This document shows, in pieces, positions 32,272 through 45,200 of a DNA stretch of 58,605 nucleotides (position 1 is its first letter; every line of letters starts with the position of its first letter). Below the pieces are notes generated by a model. The model saw nothing but the letters and a program-made list of their open reading frames with translations. It searched no databases and was not told the DNA's origin. A program made the position numbers and the translations under genes. The stretch is from Trichomonas gallinae (Eukaryota): contig MRSU01000520.1 of the NCBI GenBank assembly GCA_008369845.1, positions 1-58,605 on the forward strand, given 5' to 3'.

Positions 32272-35200
32272 TTAATTTCCAGTGACAACAAGTGTCTTTG
32301 TAACTATATTGGATTCAAGGTGTTCTGAATCCACAACCATGAAATTCACGTCCATGGCTCCAATTGGAGAATCTGATGGAACTGTCCAATAGAAGGCAAC
32401 TGGATATTCCTCTCCTGGAGCTGGGTTGGATGGTGTAGAGTATTCTGGTCTTTTTGGGAATGATTTGTCTGTTCCTCTCTTGACGAATACCTTAATGTTA
32501 TCATCTTGCTTGTCATTGAGAACAGCGAAGCAAAGGATTTTAGTATTAGCTGGGGCAGACTTCTTGGAAAGACCAGCATTAAGAAGTTGAGGTGGACTGT
32601 AAACATTATAATTGAATTGATGTGTGACACTTTCAGAATATGCATCCATATCGCTGGCATAGAAAGTAATGTTCCACAAATGATTAGCTGGATAAATTTC
32701 GGTAAATGGTATTTGAACAGAAAATTTATTTGGTTGTCCTGGTTTAACAGTGAAAGAATCGGAGCATCTTTCAGCACCAACAACCCAATTATTATCTTCT
32801 GGTCTACTAAACTTGTAGCAAATTTTGATTTTGTTTGCATTTGAATCTTGAACGGTACCATTGATTACGAAGTTCTCTTTATCATGGTAGAAGTCCTTGA
32901 GAGTATTGGTATCGACAGATAATGTTGGCTTGCCAGCTAATGAAACAGTTCTCTTAATTACATTTGATGGGAAAGATGTAGCTGAATTCTTTTCACGAAC
33001 TTGCACTGAGAGTCTATAATACTTTGCATCTTTGGTAAAGTTCAATTTCTTTGAAAAGATTTGGTTGTCATTCCTAACAGTCCAGCTATCTTCCCATTTT
33101 TTCATGTTTTCTTGGATTGTAATCTTTAAAGCTTCACCTTTATCAAAATCTCTGATATTAATGCGGAATTGTGCATTTTCAGTTGGATCATAAGAATCTT
33201 TCCACTCTGTAAGGTCAATAAGTCTTGGTGGTGTCTTGACTTTGTCATATGCAGCAAAGACAAGAACAAATGTAACTGATTCTTCTCCTGGAATAATTTG
33301 ATTTACCCATGAGACACCGTACGCGGAGTTGCCATTATCAGATGAGGATGCTGGTTTACTTGTATTAAAGAATGGAATATCATTTAATGGGATTTCGCCA
33401 TTGCCTGTTCTATGGAGGTTGTTAGTTACGTATTTAATTGTGGCAGATGGGAAATCTAAATAATCCTGTGTGAACATAGTGTAACGAAGCTTGTATTGCT
33501 CGCTGGTAACAACAATACCTCTTCCATCGGTTCTTTCAGATACCAAGCCATTGTCATCACCAGATAAATCGGAGTCAGCGAAGAGACTGAGATCAAATCT
33601 TCTTGGGAAGTATCTATTGTTTTTTACTTGTATTTTCACCAACAAAAATTCCGAATTTTTATCTTGGGAAATTGTCTTATAAAGACGGAAGTCATCCTGA
33701 GTGTAATAAGAAGTAGCATCGGATTTTTTGTAATAATATTCCCCAAGGCCGTTAGCTCCAGTGGTGTCATTATATGTGCGGAACTTGCAGAAGAAGCCTT
33801 CGTTGTTGAATGTCATCTGTCTCACATTATCATCTGTTGGGTCTTGATACTTTAGGTTAAACAAAGCGTTGCTGGAGGCACTGAGATCACTTGAACTATC
33901 AATGATTTTGCCGATGAGGTCTGGGGTTTGTACAGCTTCTGGGTTCCATACAATGATTGGCAAAGTAATGTTTTGGGTGGAGGTGTGATTTTCCTTATCA
34001 ACTGCATAAATTGTCACCTGGTAACGAGCAATTGGTTTGCTAGGGAAGTCATAGAACGCCGCAAATGGAATTTTCGTGTTTTGCACTGTATAAGTTCCGA
34101 TTTCTGTTCCTTGCTGCTCTTCTCCCAACTGGACAAACACTCTAACAGGATCTCCATCGTTTGGATCTGTAAGCTCACCATATACAACGATTTTTGTGGC
34201 TTTATTATACTCAACTTTTTCATTTGAGAGATATGCTTCGATGACTTGAGGCTGGTTTGCTCGGCTGTAAAGGAATGAATGCTCTAAATTGCCAACTGAT
34301 TTAATATTAAGATTATCTACTGCCCACATTCTCAATGTGTGAGTATGGTCTAGTTGGAGATCCTTTGGGAATGGTAACATAATGTTTAATGTCTGAGCTT
34401 TTGTAAATTTAGATGTATCAAGGGTATCTACTATTTCAGGCGTTTGACTATCCCACTGGGAGTATAGAGTAACCTGATATTCATCGTTGATTAAATATTC
34501 TACATAAATTCCTCCATCAGTGGCATAGTATTCAGTTTTCCAAGAATCATCATTTTGAGTAAAGAAGAAAGGAGGCTGAGAGCCTTTGCGAACTACCTGA
34601 ATACTAGTAGGTGTGGATGCTGATAAGCCTGTTTCATCTATTACAGTAGCAATATATGTGAATTCGTTTGCAGGCTCATTAAATCTCATGTTGCAGGTAA
34701 CTGTTCCAGATGTCTTCGTACTGCCATCACTTGTGAAGCTTCCACAAAGCACTGGTTCCTGTTCTTTCTTGTCAACGATGCGCTTAATATAAACTGAAAC
34801 TTTTTGAGCTTCTAACTCTTTGACTTCAAATTGAAGCTCAAAAGTATCATCAGCATCAGATCTAGGACCTAAAATGTCTCTAATAGTTGGAGCAATATTG
34901 AAATTCTGGCCGATAACCACTTTAAAGCCTTGTAATTTGACTTTTCCTGTAAGAGATTGTCTCTGCTTCCAAGAGAAAGCTAATGCTGAGTCTGAATTTT
35001 CAGGTGTTGTTTCTGGAAAATTATCTGTAAGCATTAGATCAGTCATTTTAGCATCATTATCAGCTGCTACACCTGTGTAAATTGTAGAGACATCACCATT
35101 GTCTTTTGAATCTCTTGTTTGAAAATTATTGCCTTTTAACAAAATAGACATGAGGGCTTCTGTGCTCTTGAATGTAACAGCATCACCATTTTTCTGCTTA

Positions 35201-35577
35201 AGTAATTGTACGTTGTCGCCTGAATCATAATAAGCATCACAGTAAACACCAAGATCATATGTGAAAGGTTCTCCAGTTCCAATATGGCCAACACCAATTT
35301 CAACGTCAAGGCTTCCATCTGGCTGTTCATTTGTTTGATAACTTAAAGTAACAGAATAACCATCTCCTTTGCTGTTTTGGGTAAGATATTGCCATGCCTC
35401 TGGATTGTTTCCATTATACTTGCGGAAGGCAACTCTATATCCGACACCATTTGTTGTAGAAATGGTTCTTCCGTCTTTATCATAGACAATATCGAAAGCA
35501 TATTTCGTCTTATCTTGAGGCTCAACAAGCTTAATCTTCGAAGCACTTGTCGAGATGTAAAGTAGGTAAGCAAGCAT
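32272..35577 (-). CDS. Secreted Bap-like/Ig-like repeat protein, internally duplicated, no TM anchor
   Basis: N-terminal MLAYLLYISTSAS signal; beta-rich repeats with DPNDGD/DFDKGE and YAVD..N..S motifs; two homologous halves. Confidence 0.85.
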   Translation of the reverse strand: MLAYLLYISTSASKIKLVEPQDKTKYAFDIVYDKDGRTISTTNGVGYRVAFRKYNGNNPEAWQYLTQNSKGDGYSVTLSYQTNEQPDGSLDVEIGVGHIGTGEPFTYDLGVYCDAYYDSGDNVQLLKQKNGDAVTFKSTEALMSILLKGNNFQTRDSKDNGDVSTIYTGVAADNDAKMTDLMLTDNFPETTPENSDSALAFSWKQRQSLTGKVKLQGFKVVIGQNFNIAPTIRDILGPRSDADDTFELQFEVKELEAQKVSVYIKRIVDKKEQEPVLCGSFTSDGSTKTSGTVTCNMRFNEPANEFTYIATVIDETGLSASTPTSIQVVRKGSQPPFFFTQNDDSWKTEYYATDGGIYVEYLINDEYQVTLYSQWDSQTPEIVDTLDTSKFTKAQTLNIMLPFPKDLQLDHTHTLRMWAVDNLNIKSVGNLEHSFLYSRANQPQVIEAYLSNEKVEYNKATKIVVYGELTDPNDGDPVRVFVQLGEEQQGTEIGTYTVQNTKIPFAAFYDFPSKPIARYQVTIYAVDKENHTSTQNITLPIIVWNPEAVQTPDLIGKIIDSSSDLSASSNALFNLKYQDPTDDNVRQMTFNNEGFFCKFRTYNDTTGANGLGEYYYKKSDATSYYTQDDFRLYKTISQDKNSEFLLVKIQVKNNRYFPRRFDLSLFADSDLSGDDNGLVSERTDGRGIVVTSEQYKLRYTMFTQDYLDFPSATIKYVTNNLHRTGNGEIPLNDIPFFNTSKPASSSDNGNSAYGVSWVNQIIPGEESVTFVLVFAAYDKVKTPPRLIDLTEWKDSYDPTENAQFRINIRDFDKGEALKITIQENMKKWEDSWTVRNDNQIFSKKLNFTKDAKYYRLSVQVREKNSATSFPSNVIKRTVSLAGKPTLSVDTNTLKDFYHDKENFVINGTVQDSNANKIKICYKFSRPEDNNWVVGAERCSDSFTVKPGQPNKFSVQIPFTEIYPANHLWNITFYASDMDAYSESVTHQFNYNVYSPPQLLNAGLSKKSAPANTKILCFAVLNDKQDDNIKVFVKRGTDKSFPKRPEYSTPSNPAPGEEYPVAFYWTVPSDSPIGAMDVNFMVVDSEHLESNIVTKTLVVTGN

Positions 35578-36532
35578 TTATGATTTTGATGAATAGTTGT
35601 GAATCGCTCTGAAAATACACATTCAAAGCAAATATTTGTGATGCCCGTCATATTTTTTTTTTCAAAAATATCGGAACGCAATCATTCCCTTACATTAACG
35701 TACTGTTTAATCACATGATTTTCATATTTCACTCGGACGTTCAATTCTTTAATCCTACAAAATATTTTATTCCTTATTAGATGCCTGATACTATTTAACT
35801 AAGAATCAAAATTCAAAATTATACCGAGCATTCAAATTTATTCTTTAGTGGTGATGCATTATATCGAAGGAATAAATGCGTCTTGTCTGGCAAAATTATA
35901 TCAAAGAAAAAAATGAGAGGAAGACTGAAAAATAATTAACGTGCAAATCTTTATTCTTATTTACTTTACCTTAAATCACTCTTGTTTTAATTTTAGGTAA
36001 AACATTGAATTTTGATGTTTGCGCAAAATCGGGCAACTAGATTTTGATGCTCTCCATATTAAAAGTGTTCATATTGTTGTAATATATAAATATCTTTAAT
36101 ATGAGCTAAATTATTCTTATTTTATTTCGTTGGCTTTATTATCCACAAACTTTTTCTGCAACCTACTCACCAAAATATTGAATTTAGATACTACATAAGT
36201 ATACGAATATATTACCGAACTCTGGAGAGAATGAAAGAGTTATACTTGTGTAAAATATAACCTCAATGATAACAGACTAAGTTTGTTTAGCGCAATAAAA
36301 ATAATATAAAACAGGGTATTAGATCATAGTATATCCATTTATGCAATAAAATAATATGCGATTTGTTACTAAATTAAAAATTGACTCTTAAACAGAATGG
36401 CAATCATTATATAAAACTAAAACGATGCTTTAGCATGTGATTATGGTTATTTTTGATAATTTATTTCAAAATTTGTTAATATTGTGATTAAGAAAACAAA
36501 CATAATATATTTATAAACAAAACAAAACAATA

Positions 36533-38617
36533 TTATAAGAATTTGAGGAATTTGTCTAAGAAATCATCAACATTTGAGAGAGATAAAGCAATCTTGCTGC
36601 AAAACTGAAGCCAGATATCCAAATTTGGTCCAAAAACATCAAGGAGAGCGTTATCTGTAATTATTTTCTCCAAAACAATGAATGAAGCAAGAAATGCAGG
36701 ATTTTTGATTGCGCTTATTCCAAAATTAAAGAAATCCTGGATAAGAGAGATATCAGTAGCTTTTGCAACATAATTCAGTGCCTCTGTGAAAACAATAATT
36801 GAATTATAAATTCTTCCTAAAGTTTCGCTGCAAGAATCTGATATATTCCTGGAAAATCTCGTAATAATCATAAGAGCAGATGGATACTGAGATATTTGAG
36901 GTCTAAATGGTAATCTTGCAGATGAAATAATTTTAACGAATTCTTTTTGAATGTTAAGTAGAGGGCCTTCAACAAGTACCTTAAAATTATCGAGTAATGC
37001 AGAAAAAATGTGATATTTCATTGACAAATTTTTATCAATATTTTCAAAAACTTGTTTTGTCAATGATTTAAGAACTGGTAAAAGGTCTCTCATTTGGAAC
37101 TCGCCTTTGACTAGATTCAGGCTTGTAATGTATTGACTTGCATTCCAATACAAGCAAATATCAAAAAACTTGGTTAAAGTCAAATTATATGACTCGAATA
37201 TCTTATTTTCTATAACTGCATCAATGATATTTGTCATATGAATCAAAGTTTGCTCTTGTTCGGTGATTGCTTGTTGATAAGCGAATTTTTCAAAATCAAA
37301 CGATTGGCATAGTATAGGAAGCTTCCCAGCATCTCTAAGATGTATAAAATAAGGAATAGGAAGCCAATTTTTCGATTTTGCTTGATCAATTATTGCATTC
37401 CATGATCTGGTATATATAGAATGCAATGGATTCGGTAAAATCAGTGTGTTATTGTTTGGATTTGCATCTGCAAATACATCAATTTGGAATAAATCAATAT
37501 TTGATGAATCAATAAATTTTTCTCTTTCGTTTTTCATGTGGAAGACTGCATTCTTGTACATTTCCACATCAGATATTATATCATAAATAATCCTAATATC
37601 ATTACTCGATAACAAATATGGAAATTTTTTGAATAGAATTGTTTCTGGGTTTTTAGGGAGTCTTTCTGTGTATATTATATTGCATACAAAAATATCAAGT
37701 ATTTTATTGCATTTGTCGATGCTCATTCCTGATCCCATGTACAAAAAACACTGATTTGTAAAATTTTTTGCTCCTTTAGGCAAAACTCTGTTTCCACCCG
37801 AGAAATACATAAGGAATGACTTATATAGGAACTCTGTGATAATGATTTGGTTTGCTTTGTACTCAAATCTAAGTAAAAGTTGTTGAATTACTTCTATATG
37901 TGATTGAGTCAATAGTGTCACAGACTGTTTAATGCTTTCGAGTATATGTGAAAAACACTTTGATTCTGTAAAGTGAGTTATTGTTGTTACGCATAATTTA
38001 TGAAATTCATTCCATAAATTTTCTATAAACGAATGCGCAGACAGCAAAAACGGCACTATTACGTTTTCTAGTATAATAAAATTACTGTCAATCTCGAACA
38101 ATTTTAATATAAACTCACTTGCTTTATTAGTTAATTCTTGCGATGAAAAGTAACCAAAAATAGCAGGAAAAACCGTGTAACCAAACATCAATGCGTCCGA
38201 AATGTCCATGGAAAAATACGAAAATACTTGATAAGCAAAATTCGATGGATCAATTTGAATGTTTTTAATGATTAAAATCATACATTGCACGAAAGTAGAT
38301 GAAAATTCTTCCGAAATAATGCGTTGTTTTTTCGAAATTAGTTTTAAAACGTCAATTTGATTTTGTTCAGAAAAAGCATTGAGCTCTCGAAGCGTTGCAA
38401 GATAACATAAGTATATATTTCGAGATACAGATACGTTTGCAATTAACGAATCGAAAATTTTCTTTGTTTGAACACGAATATCATTTGAAATATTGAGATT
38501 TGCGTAATCTTTTAAAAAATCATACCGATGTTTTAAATGTGCTAAGCTATTTATATCAAAATCAGCTGGTCGATTCAGGTCATCGTGAAGGAAGCCGCCA
38601 ATTTTTTCCAAATTCAT
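36533..38617 (-). CDS. Hypothetical helical protein
   Basis: 694-aa uninterrupted ORF with Inr GTCACTTTT immediately upstream; no motif recognised with confidence. Confidence 0.8.
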   Translation of the reverse strand: MNLEKIGGFLHDDLNRPADFDINSLAHLKHRYDFLKDYANLNISNDIRVQTKKIFDSLIANVSVSRNIYLCYLATLRELNAFSEQNQIDVLKLISKKQRIISEEFSSTFVQCMILIIKNIQIDPSNFAYQVFSYFSMDISDALMFGYTVFPAIFGYFSSQELTNKASEFILKLFEIDSNFIILENVIVPFLLSAHSFIENLWNEFHKLCVTTITHFTESKCFSHILESIKQSVTLLTQSHIEVIQQLLLRFEYKANQIIITEFLYKSFLMYFSGGNRVLPKGAKNFTNQCFLYMGSGMSIDKCNKILDIFVCNIIYTERLPKNPETILFKKFPYLLSSNDIRIIYDIISDVEMYKNAVFHMKNEREKFIDSSNIDLFQIDVFADANPNNNTLILPNPLHSIYTRSWNAIIDQAKSKNWLPIPYFIHLRDAGKLPILCQSFDFEKFAYQQAITEQEQTLIHMTNIIDAVIENKIFESYNLTLTKFFDICLYWNASQYITSLNLVKGEFQMRDLLPVLKSLTKQVFENIDKNLSMKYHIFSALLDNFKVLVEGPLLNIQKEFVKIISSARLPFRPQISQYPSALMIITRFSRNISDSCSETLGRIYNSIIVFTEALNYVAKATDISLIQDFFNFGISAIKNPAFLASFIVLEKIITDNALLDVFGPNLDIWLQFCSKIALSLSNVDDFLDKFLKFL

Positions 38618-39205
38618 TATTAAAAGTGACTTCTATGGAAAATTTTGTTAATTTCATCGAATTGAAGGGTTGATATTTGTTGTATAGATTAATATGAATA
38701 AACAGGACCTAATGGTAAGGTTCCGTAAGGTATGAACAAAATTTTCAAATTAGGAAATTAGGAAACCTGTAATTTTCGATTTAGTTTTCAAATTTTTGTA
38801 TAATTCAATAACTTTATTATTTCTGACATTTTTAAAGAAATAGAAAACATATGAATAGAATTTTGAATAAATTTTCAAATAAAACATAGGTGTTCATCTT
38901 ATTGATTTATTTGCAATATACATTTCCTTGTAGTAATTGTATTCAGAGACCAAGTATTTTAGTTATTCGATTCTTCACCGATTTATGACGAATCTATTGG
39001 ATCCGACAATTTTAAAATAAGGTTAATGCTTTGCCTAGCTTTTGATTTTCATATTTTAAAATGTAACATATTTTATTGAAATTTATAGCTATAATAAGAA
39101 AATATGGGATGGATGAAATGTGATGAATGAGTTTTACATCATGAAAAAGCTTTGATAATATAATACCATATGCAAAAAAGAATAAAAAACTAAATTTAAA
39201 ATAAA

Positions 39206-42200
39206 TTATAGAACAACATCATTGTCATCTACATCTACATCTTCATCTTCTATTGAGTCTGATGCTTGTGGAATGTCATTCTCTTCTTCAAAATCATCGT
39301 GGAAAGGATCATCCTCGCCGCCTGTCTTCGTGAATAATGGATTCTCATTTGTGATTCCTCCGTTGTCTGTTGTTCCTAGTTGAACTGTTTCTGTTGCTGG
39401 TTCAACTTGAATGTCAACTTCAGCAGAAGACTCGTCTTCTTTTCTACGCTTGTAAACAATAATGACAATGATTATCGCCAACAAAATGACAAAAACAATG
39501 CAGCCAACAACAATCGGCCAAATAAGATTCTTAGGGAATCCATCATTATCATTTATCACAATATTTGGGTCACCAGAGGACCTGACTAATTCAATATTAT
39601 ATGTTGTGTCAGATTCTGTCCAAGATGTATATGGATTTCCATTGTTGTCTGTTACTATTGTTGGGACCCATGTTTTTTGTATAATGAATGTTGTTGGTCC
39701 TTTAAAATCAGGTGGCAATCTCGATGGATATGGCTTGGGAACAGGAGACCTAGCTGGTGAGATTGGTGGAGGAATGGTATAGACATCTATTGTTTTGACA
39801 ACATCCTTTGATGTTGCATTCTTTCCGTCTTTCGCTCGGAAAACAATATCATGTGTTCCTTCTTTGAATGGAATATTAAATGAGTAGTTAAATCTAGAAC
39901 ATAATGAACGATTTAATCCGTTGCAATAATGAATCTGTTTGAACTCTTCAAAGTCGAAACGCATGTCAACGTATAAATCATCTTCAGGATCCAAATCAGT
40001 GACAACACAATTTGCTTTGATTGTTTCATCACTGCTATAATTCGTCTTTTCAAAATCATCAACATTTAATTCAGGTGAGTTGAAATTGTAATAATAGAAA
40101 GAATGTGTGTAAGGATCTGATCTGAGTCCATATTCATCAACAGCGATCAATGTTATATCGTGCTTCTTGAATGTGATACTTCCTTGAGGGATTTCAATAT
40201 GATTTCTAATCATTTTATGTAATCCATTTAATCTTATTAGTTCTGTCAAATTCACTTCGTCTCCATCATCTATTTTATAGATCATATATGCTTTTGTATC
40301 ATCAGTTAGGTTAATATCAAGGCCAATAAAAGCATCACCTGCGAATTTCGAACTTAGTTCATTTCTAATGGTGAAGTTTGGTTTCTGATTTACAATAATC
40401 GTTTGATTGAATGAATCCAAGACTGTTTCATTTTCATCGACAACTTCAATGATTAAATCATCAACTTTCTTTGTTGGCAGTGGAAGATTTTTCACGAATT
40501 CAACATCGCTGATTGAATTATGTATTGTTGTGATGTCAATATAAAATCTTGAGTTCATTGTTTGATGAGCATATCTATATCCGACTCTTATCTTCCTTTC
40601 TGCTCCATAACCTACAACATATCCACCGACATGAACATGTTCGTGTATTTCGTAATACCTTGGGAATGTTGTTCTCATCGAAATTCCTCTTGTTCTTCTA
40701 ACTTTCACGTTGTATCTTTGCTTTCGTGATGCTGCCTGCCAAACATCTTGAGCTTGGAATGTAACAATGTGAAGGCCATCATTCTTAGGAACATTGAATG
40801 TATAAGAAAAGTTCTGCCAGTCTCCTGTTGCTATTGTTGAGAATATCTCAGTATATCCTCCTTTATTGATTTGAAGATTAACGAAAATTCTGTCACCTTT
40901 GTCTAAGTCTCTGACTCTTCCTTCAAGAACCATAACATCATAATACTCGTATTGTTCTTTCTTTGTTACAGAGAGAATCTCCATGTCCGGTGCATTTTGG
41001 TCCTTTAGAACAAAATCATATATTTTGTCAGCTGATTCAGCGCCATGTTCATCTCTAACGAAAATAAACAATCTGTGATTACCGAATCCATAATAATTCG
41101 GTGGTAATTCTATCTGCACAGATACTTCTTGTTCTACTCCATTGCTTTCTATCATTTCTGTTAGATTAATTTCTCTTCCTCCATCAATGCAATACCATAA
41201 TTGAACGCGAGTGTTGTCCCATATCGAAACTTCCAAATCTATGAAACCTCTGTTGTAATAGTCTTGTTTAACTTTGTTCATGATCTTCATTCTCGGTCGA
41301 ATATTGATAACACTATATCCTTTATCTAATGATGCAACAACCTTGTCTTCATATTTTGCCCAAATCTTGAACGATTGTGGAGTCACTGTTTCAGGAATAT
41401 CAATGTTAAATGAAAACAAACCTGTTGTCATATTGCTGAGAACCGAATATTCACCAATTAATTGCTCAGTGACTGTTTCTACTTTCCTTATTGAGTCTTT
41501 TTCTTTCAGCTGATAATAAAGCTTAAGGACTTTGCCTTCCTCGAAATCACCAGCAAATCCTTGTATTGTTACATTGTCTCCAGGCATGTATGAGTTTTGT
41601 ATTGAATTCAGAAGTTTGATGCATGGCTTGAATTGAACTTTGAAATCATGTCTTGTTTCAACTGATCTCGCTCCATTATTATCTTGAGCATGAATTGTGA
41701 TGAAATAAGAAGCATTATTCTGCGGAACTCTTATTGATCCAGAGAACTCCTGCCATTCTCCGTCGCCGACTACTTCTGCGATTTCAACATATTCCGAGAA
41801 ATTGAATCTATAAAAGATTTTGATCTTGTCGCCAGTGTTTCTATCTCTTGCTCTGCCTTTAACAGTTATGTTCTCATAAAAGTTATAAACATCACTGCGA
41901 TAAATGCTGTCAATTAATAAATCTGGGGCATCAGATATTTCAAAATTAAATTCATGCGTTAAAACGTTTGATTTTTCTCCGAATTCGTCAATTGCATAAA
42001 GATTGAAGACATGTGGACCAGGATTGAGATAACTATTGTCTGTTTTAATTTGGAAATGATAACTTTTCTGCTTCTTGTAGAAAATACCCTCATTCACCAA
42101 ACATTTTTGTGAATTTCCATCAAAGTTGTAACAAATTTTAGCGACTGTGTTGTCTGTTGCATTGAAGTCTAATGATATATGGTCATTGTTATAATATACA

Positions 42201-45200
42201 TCATTGAGAGGAGTAATCATTGATATCTCTGGCTTAGAATTTACAATAAAGTTTCCCGTAATAGAAAACACTTGTTTTCCGTCGAGTTTTTCGAGCCAAA
42301 CAGTTACAGTATGAATGTTTACATCAGATGGAGGATCTAATGTAATGGAAAACTCTTCTGTCTTGAAATTAGACTGAACGATTAATCTGTCAGTTCTAAC
42401 TTTTTCGTTGTTGTCGAGTTTGTAATAAACATCGAGATAAGTGTAAGGATCATAGTCAACTGCATAGCCACTTACTGTTATTGCTTCATCTGTTTTGTAG
42501 TTCACTTTCAAGTTCTTTGTTAGTTCAACACCTGGATATCTTCTCACCTCGAATTCAAACAAAACAACTTTCGATGAAATGTTATCTTGATTTATTGCAA
42601 CTAAACTAACAGTGTGGAATCCATCTTGAAGCGGATTTTGTATTGTATAAGGGAAAACATATGATTCTCCAGTTGATGTGAAATTGTGAATTAATATATA
42701 TTTGTCGAAATTAAATTTCATGTATAATGTAATTTCATCATTTAGATTTGTGTCTATAACATTGAATTTGACGTCGATGTTTTCGAAGAATCCGTATGTA
42801 TAAGATTTTAGCTTGTAATCAACGTTCAATGTCGGTGGATTTCTATTATCAAAGTATTCGACATTATAATCAATAACATCACTCTTCTTTCCGAATTCGT
42901 CTCTGCAGAAAATGTGCAAAACGTGAGAACCAACTGTCAAAGAATTTTCTAAAACTTCAATTTGCAAAATTCTGCTTTCGATTTCATAGAAGCTTTGTAT
43001 TTTGCCTGAAATGCGTTTCTCTGGCATATCATCGAATGCATAATAAACATAAACATCTGTATCATCGTAAACTTCTACATCTACTTCAATAAATTGATGT
43101 TTGTAAATTTTTGTTGCAACTTCATTTGTCACGTTCATTGTCGGCTTAATACTGACTATAATATAATTCTCATTATATGGACATATTACATGACTTAATT
43201 CATTTTCAACCCACATGATCAAATAATGATCCTGCATTTTATTTGGCAGTTCTACTCCAAAATCTATAACAGGAGAGGTCATGTTTTCGAACATTGTAAC
43301 TTCAGAGACAAAATTCTTTCCATCACCATCTAAACTGTAATAAAGGAAAACTGTGCTGTTGGAGTTGAAATCAAGAAGATTGCATGAAACGCTTACATTT
43401 TCACCAGGTGAATAAGATTTTTCGAATTTCGAAAGAATGTTGACAACTGGTTTTTGAGAAACTCTGAAGTTCAAATTCAGTTCTTCACTTTTAGCTCCTG
43501 TTTGATCAACAGCAACAACTCTTATAACATAATCAGCATCTCCTTGTGGAACACGCATCGTGTAGCTGAAATCATGCCACTTTCCATCAGATTCTGAGTC
43601 ATAAATGATTTTTAGCTGAGAACTGCCAATCTTGAAGCCAACCATTACTGTGTCACCTTCATCTAGATCCCTCACACTGCCTGAGAATGTAATACTCTCA
43701 TAGAACTTGTAGTCTCCTCTCTTTGGAAGTGCATTCAAAACGATTTCTGGCGCGTGTTTGTCTTTGAAGTCGAATTCATAAGTGATTTCATTTGAGTTTA
43801 ATCCGTATTCATCTTTGAAATAAACTGTTATATTATGGTGGCCAATTTCAACGTCTTCAATTGGAATCTGTTTTAATAATGGAAAAGCATCATCTTTGAT
43901 TGTTAATTTTTCATTTAACTTCTTGTGCTTTCCATTGTCAAAGTAATAATAAAACCAACATGATGAATCATCGCCAACAAAACCTTCAAATTCTATAAAC
44001 TCGCTGATAGAATAGGAATCTTTGATTTTCTTCCATTCGACAATATTTGGTGGCTTATTTGTTATCAAACTTAATGTTTCTGTTCTTGTAACAATTCCAG
44101 CTCCATTATCTGCCCAAACATATAAATACTGTCGTCCAACACTTGTCGGCAATGTCGCGTTGAACTCGAAATACTCTGATGTGTAATTCTCAAATGTTTT
44201 AAGTGGCAAAGTTGCGTAATATACTATTCCACTGTTGATTCTGTAATAAAGCTGAACAGAAGAATCAGGATCGAAGTCAACTAAATAACCTGAGAAGAAA
44301 ATTGTTGAATTGGGTAGATATTGTGCTTCAAGCTTTGACGTGAAAATTACTTGTGGAGATCTTTGAACTTTGAAAGTGAATTTATGTTCACCAGCTTCTG
44401 CTCCACTTTCATCTCGAGCTTTAAATATTATTACATGGTCTCCATTTGTTGTCGGAGTCTTCAACGAATAAGTAAAATTGTGAATTTCTCCTGTAGATGG
44501 AAAATCAGCAACAGGAATATTTTCTCCATTATTATCGAGTTCATAATAAACATATGAATGGTCATTATCATCAAAATCTTGAATTGATCCTTTGAATGTT
44601 ATTTCTTCGTGGAATTTGTAAAATTGCTTTTGATTTGTGTTTGTTACGTTCAAAATAGGTACATGACCTTCTGCGAACTCAAAGTTCTTTGTTATTGAGT
44701 TTGATTCAACTTTGTAAATATCACGCAGGAAGAATGTAATAGAATGTGAACCAACATTCATGTTTTCAGGGATTTTGATTTGTTTTCTTATTGACATTGT
44801 TTTGCCTAAAATATCAATATTTTCATCTATTTCTACTTCTTTTTCTTGATCGAATTTATAGACAATTTTAGACTTTGAGTCATCAAAAACTGTAGCATTG
44901 AATTCAATGTATCCATTGGAGTAATAAACTGGTTTAAGATCTTCAATATTTTCTATTCTTGGTGGTACATTGACTGTTGTGACATATCTTACTGATTCAC
45001 TTCTCTTGTTTCTATCATCTTCCGCATAAATAACAATACTATAAACTCCAACCTTATTAGGAATTGGAATCGTGAAGTTGAACATGTCTGTATAATAATT
45101 CTCTTTCATTTGCAAAAGAGATGTAGCATAAACCCTGTTGCCTTGATTTATTGTGTAAAATACCTGAACATTCATGTTAATATCGAAGTCAACAACATAG

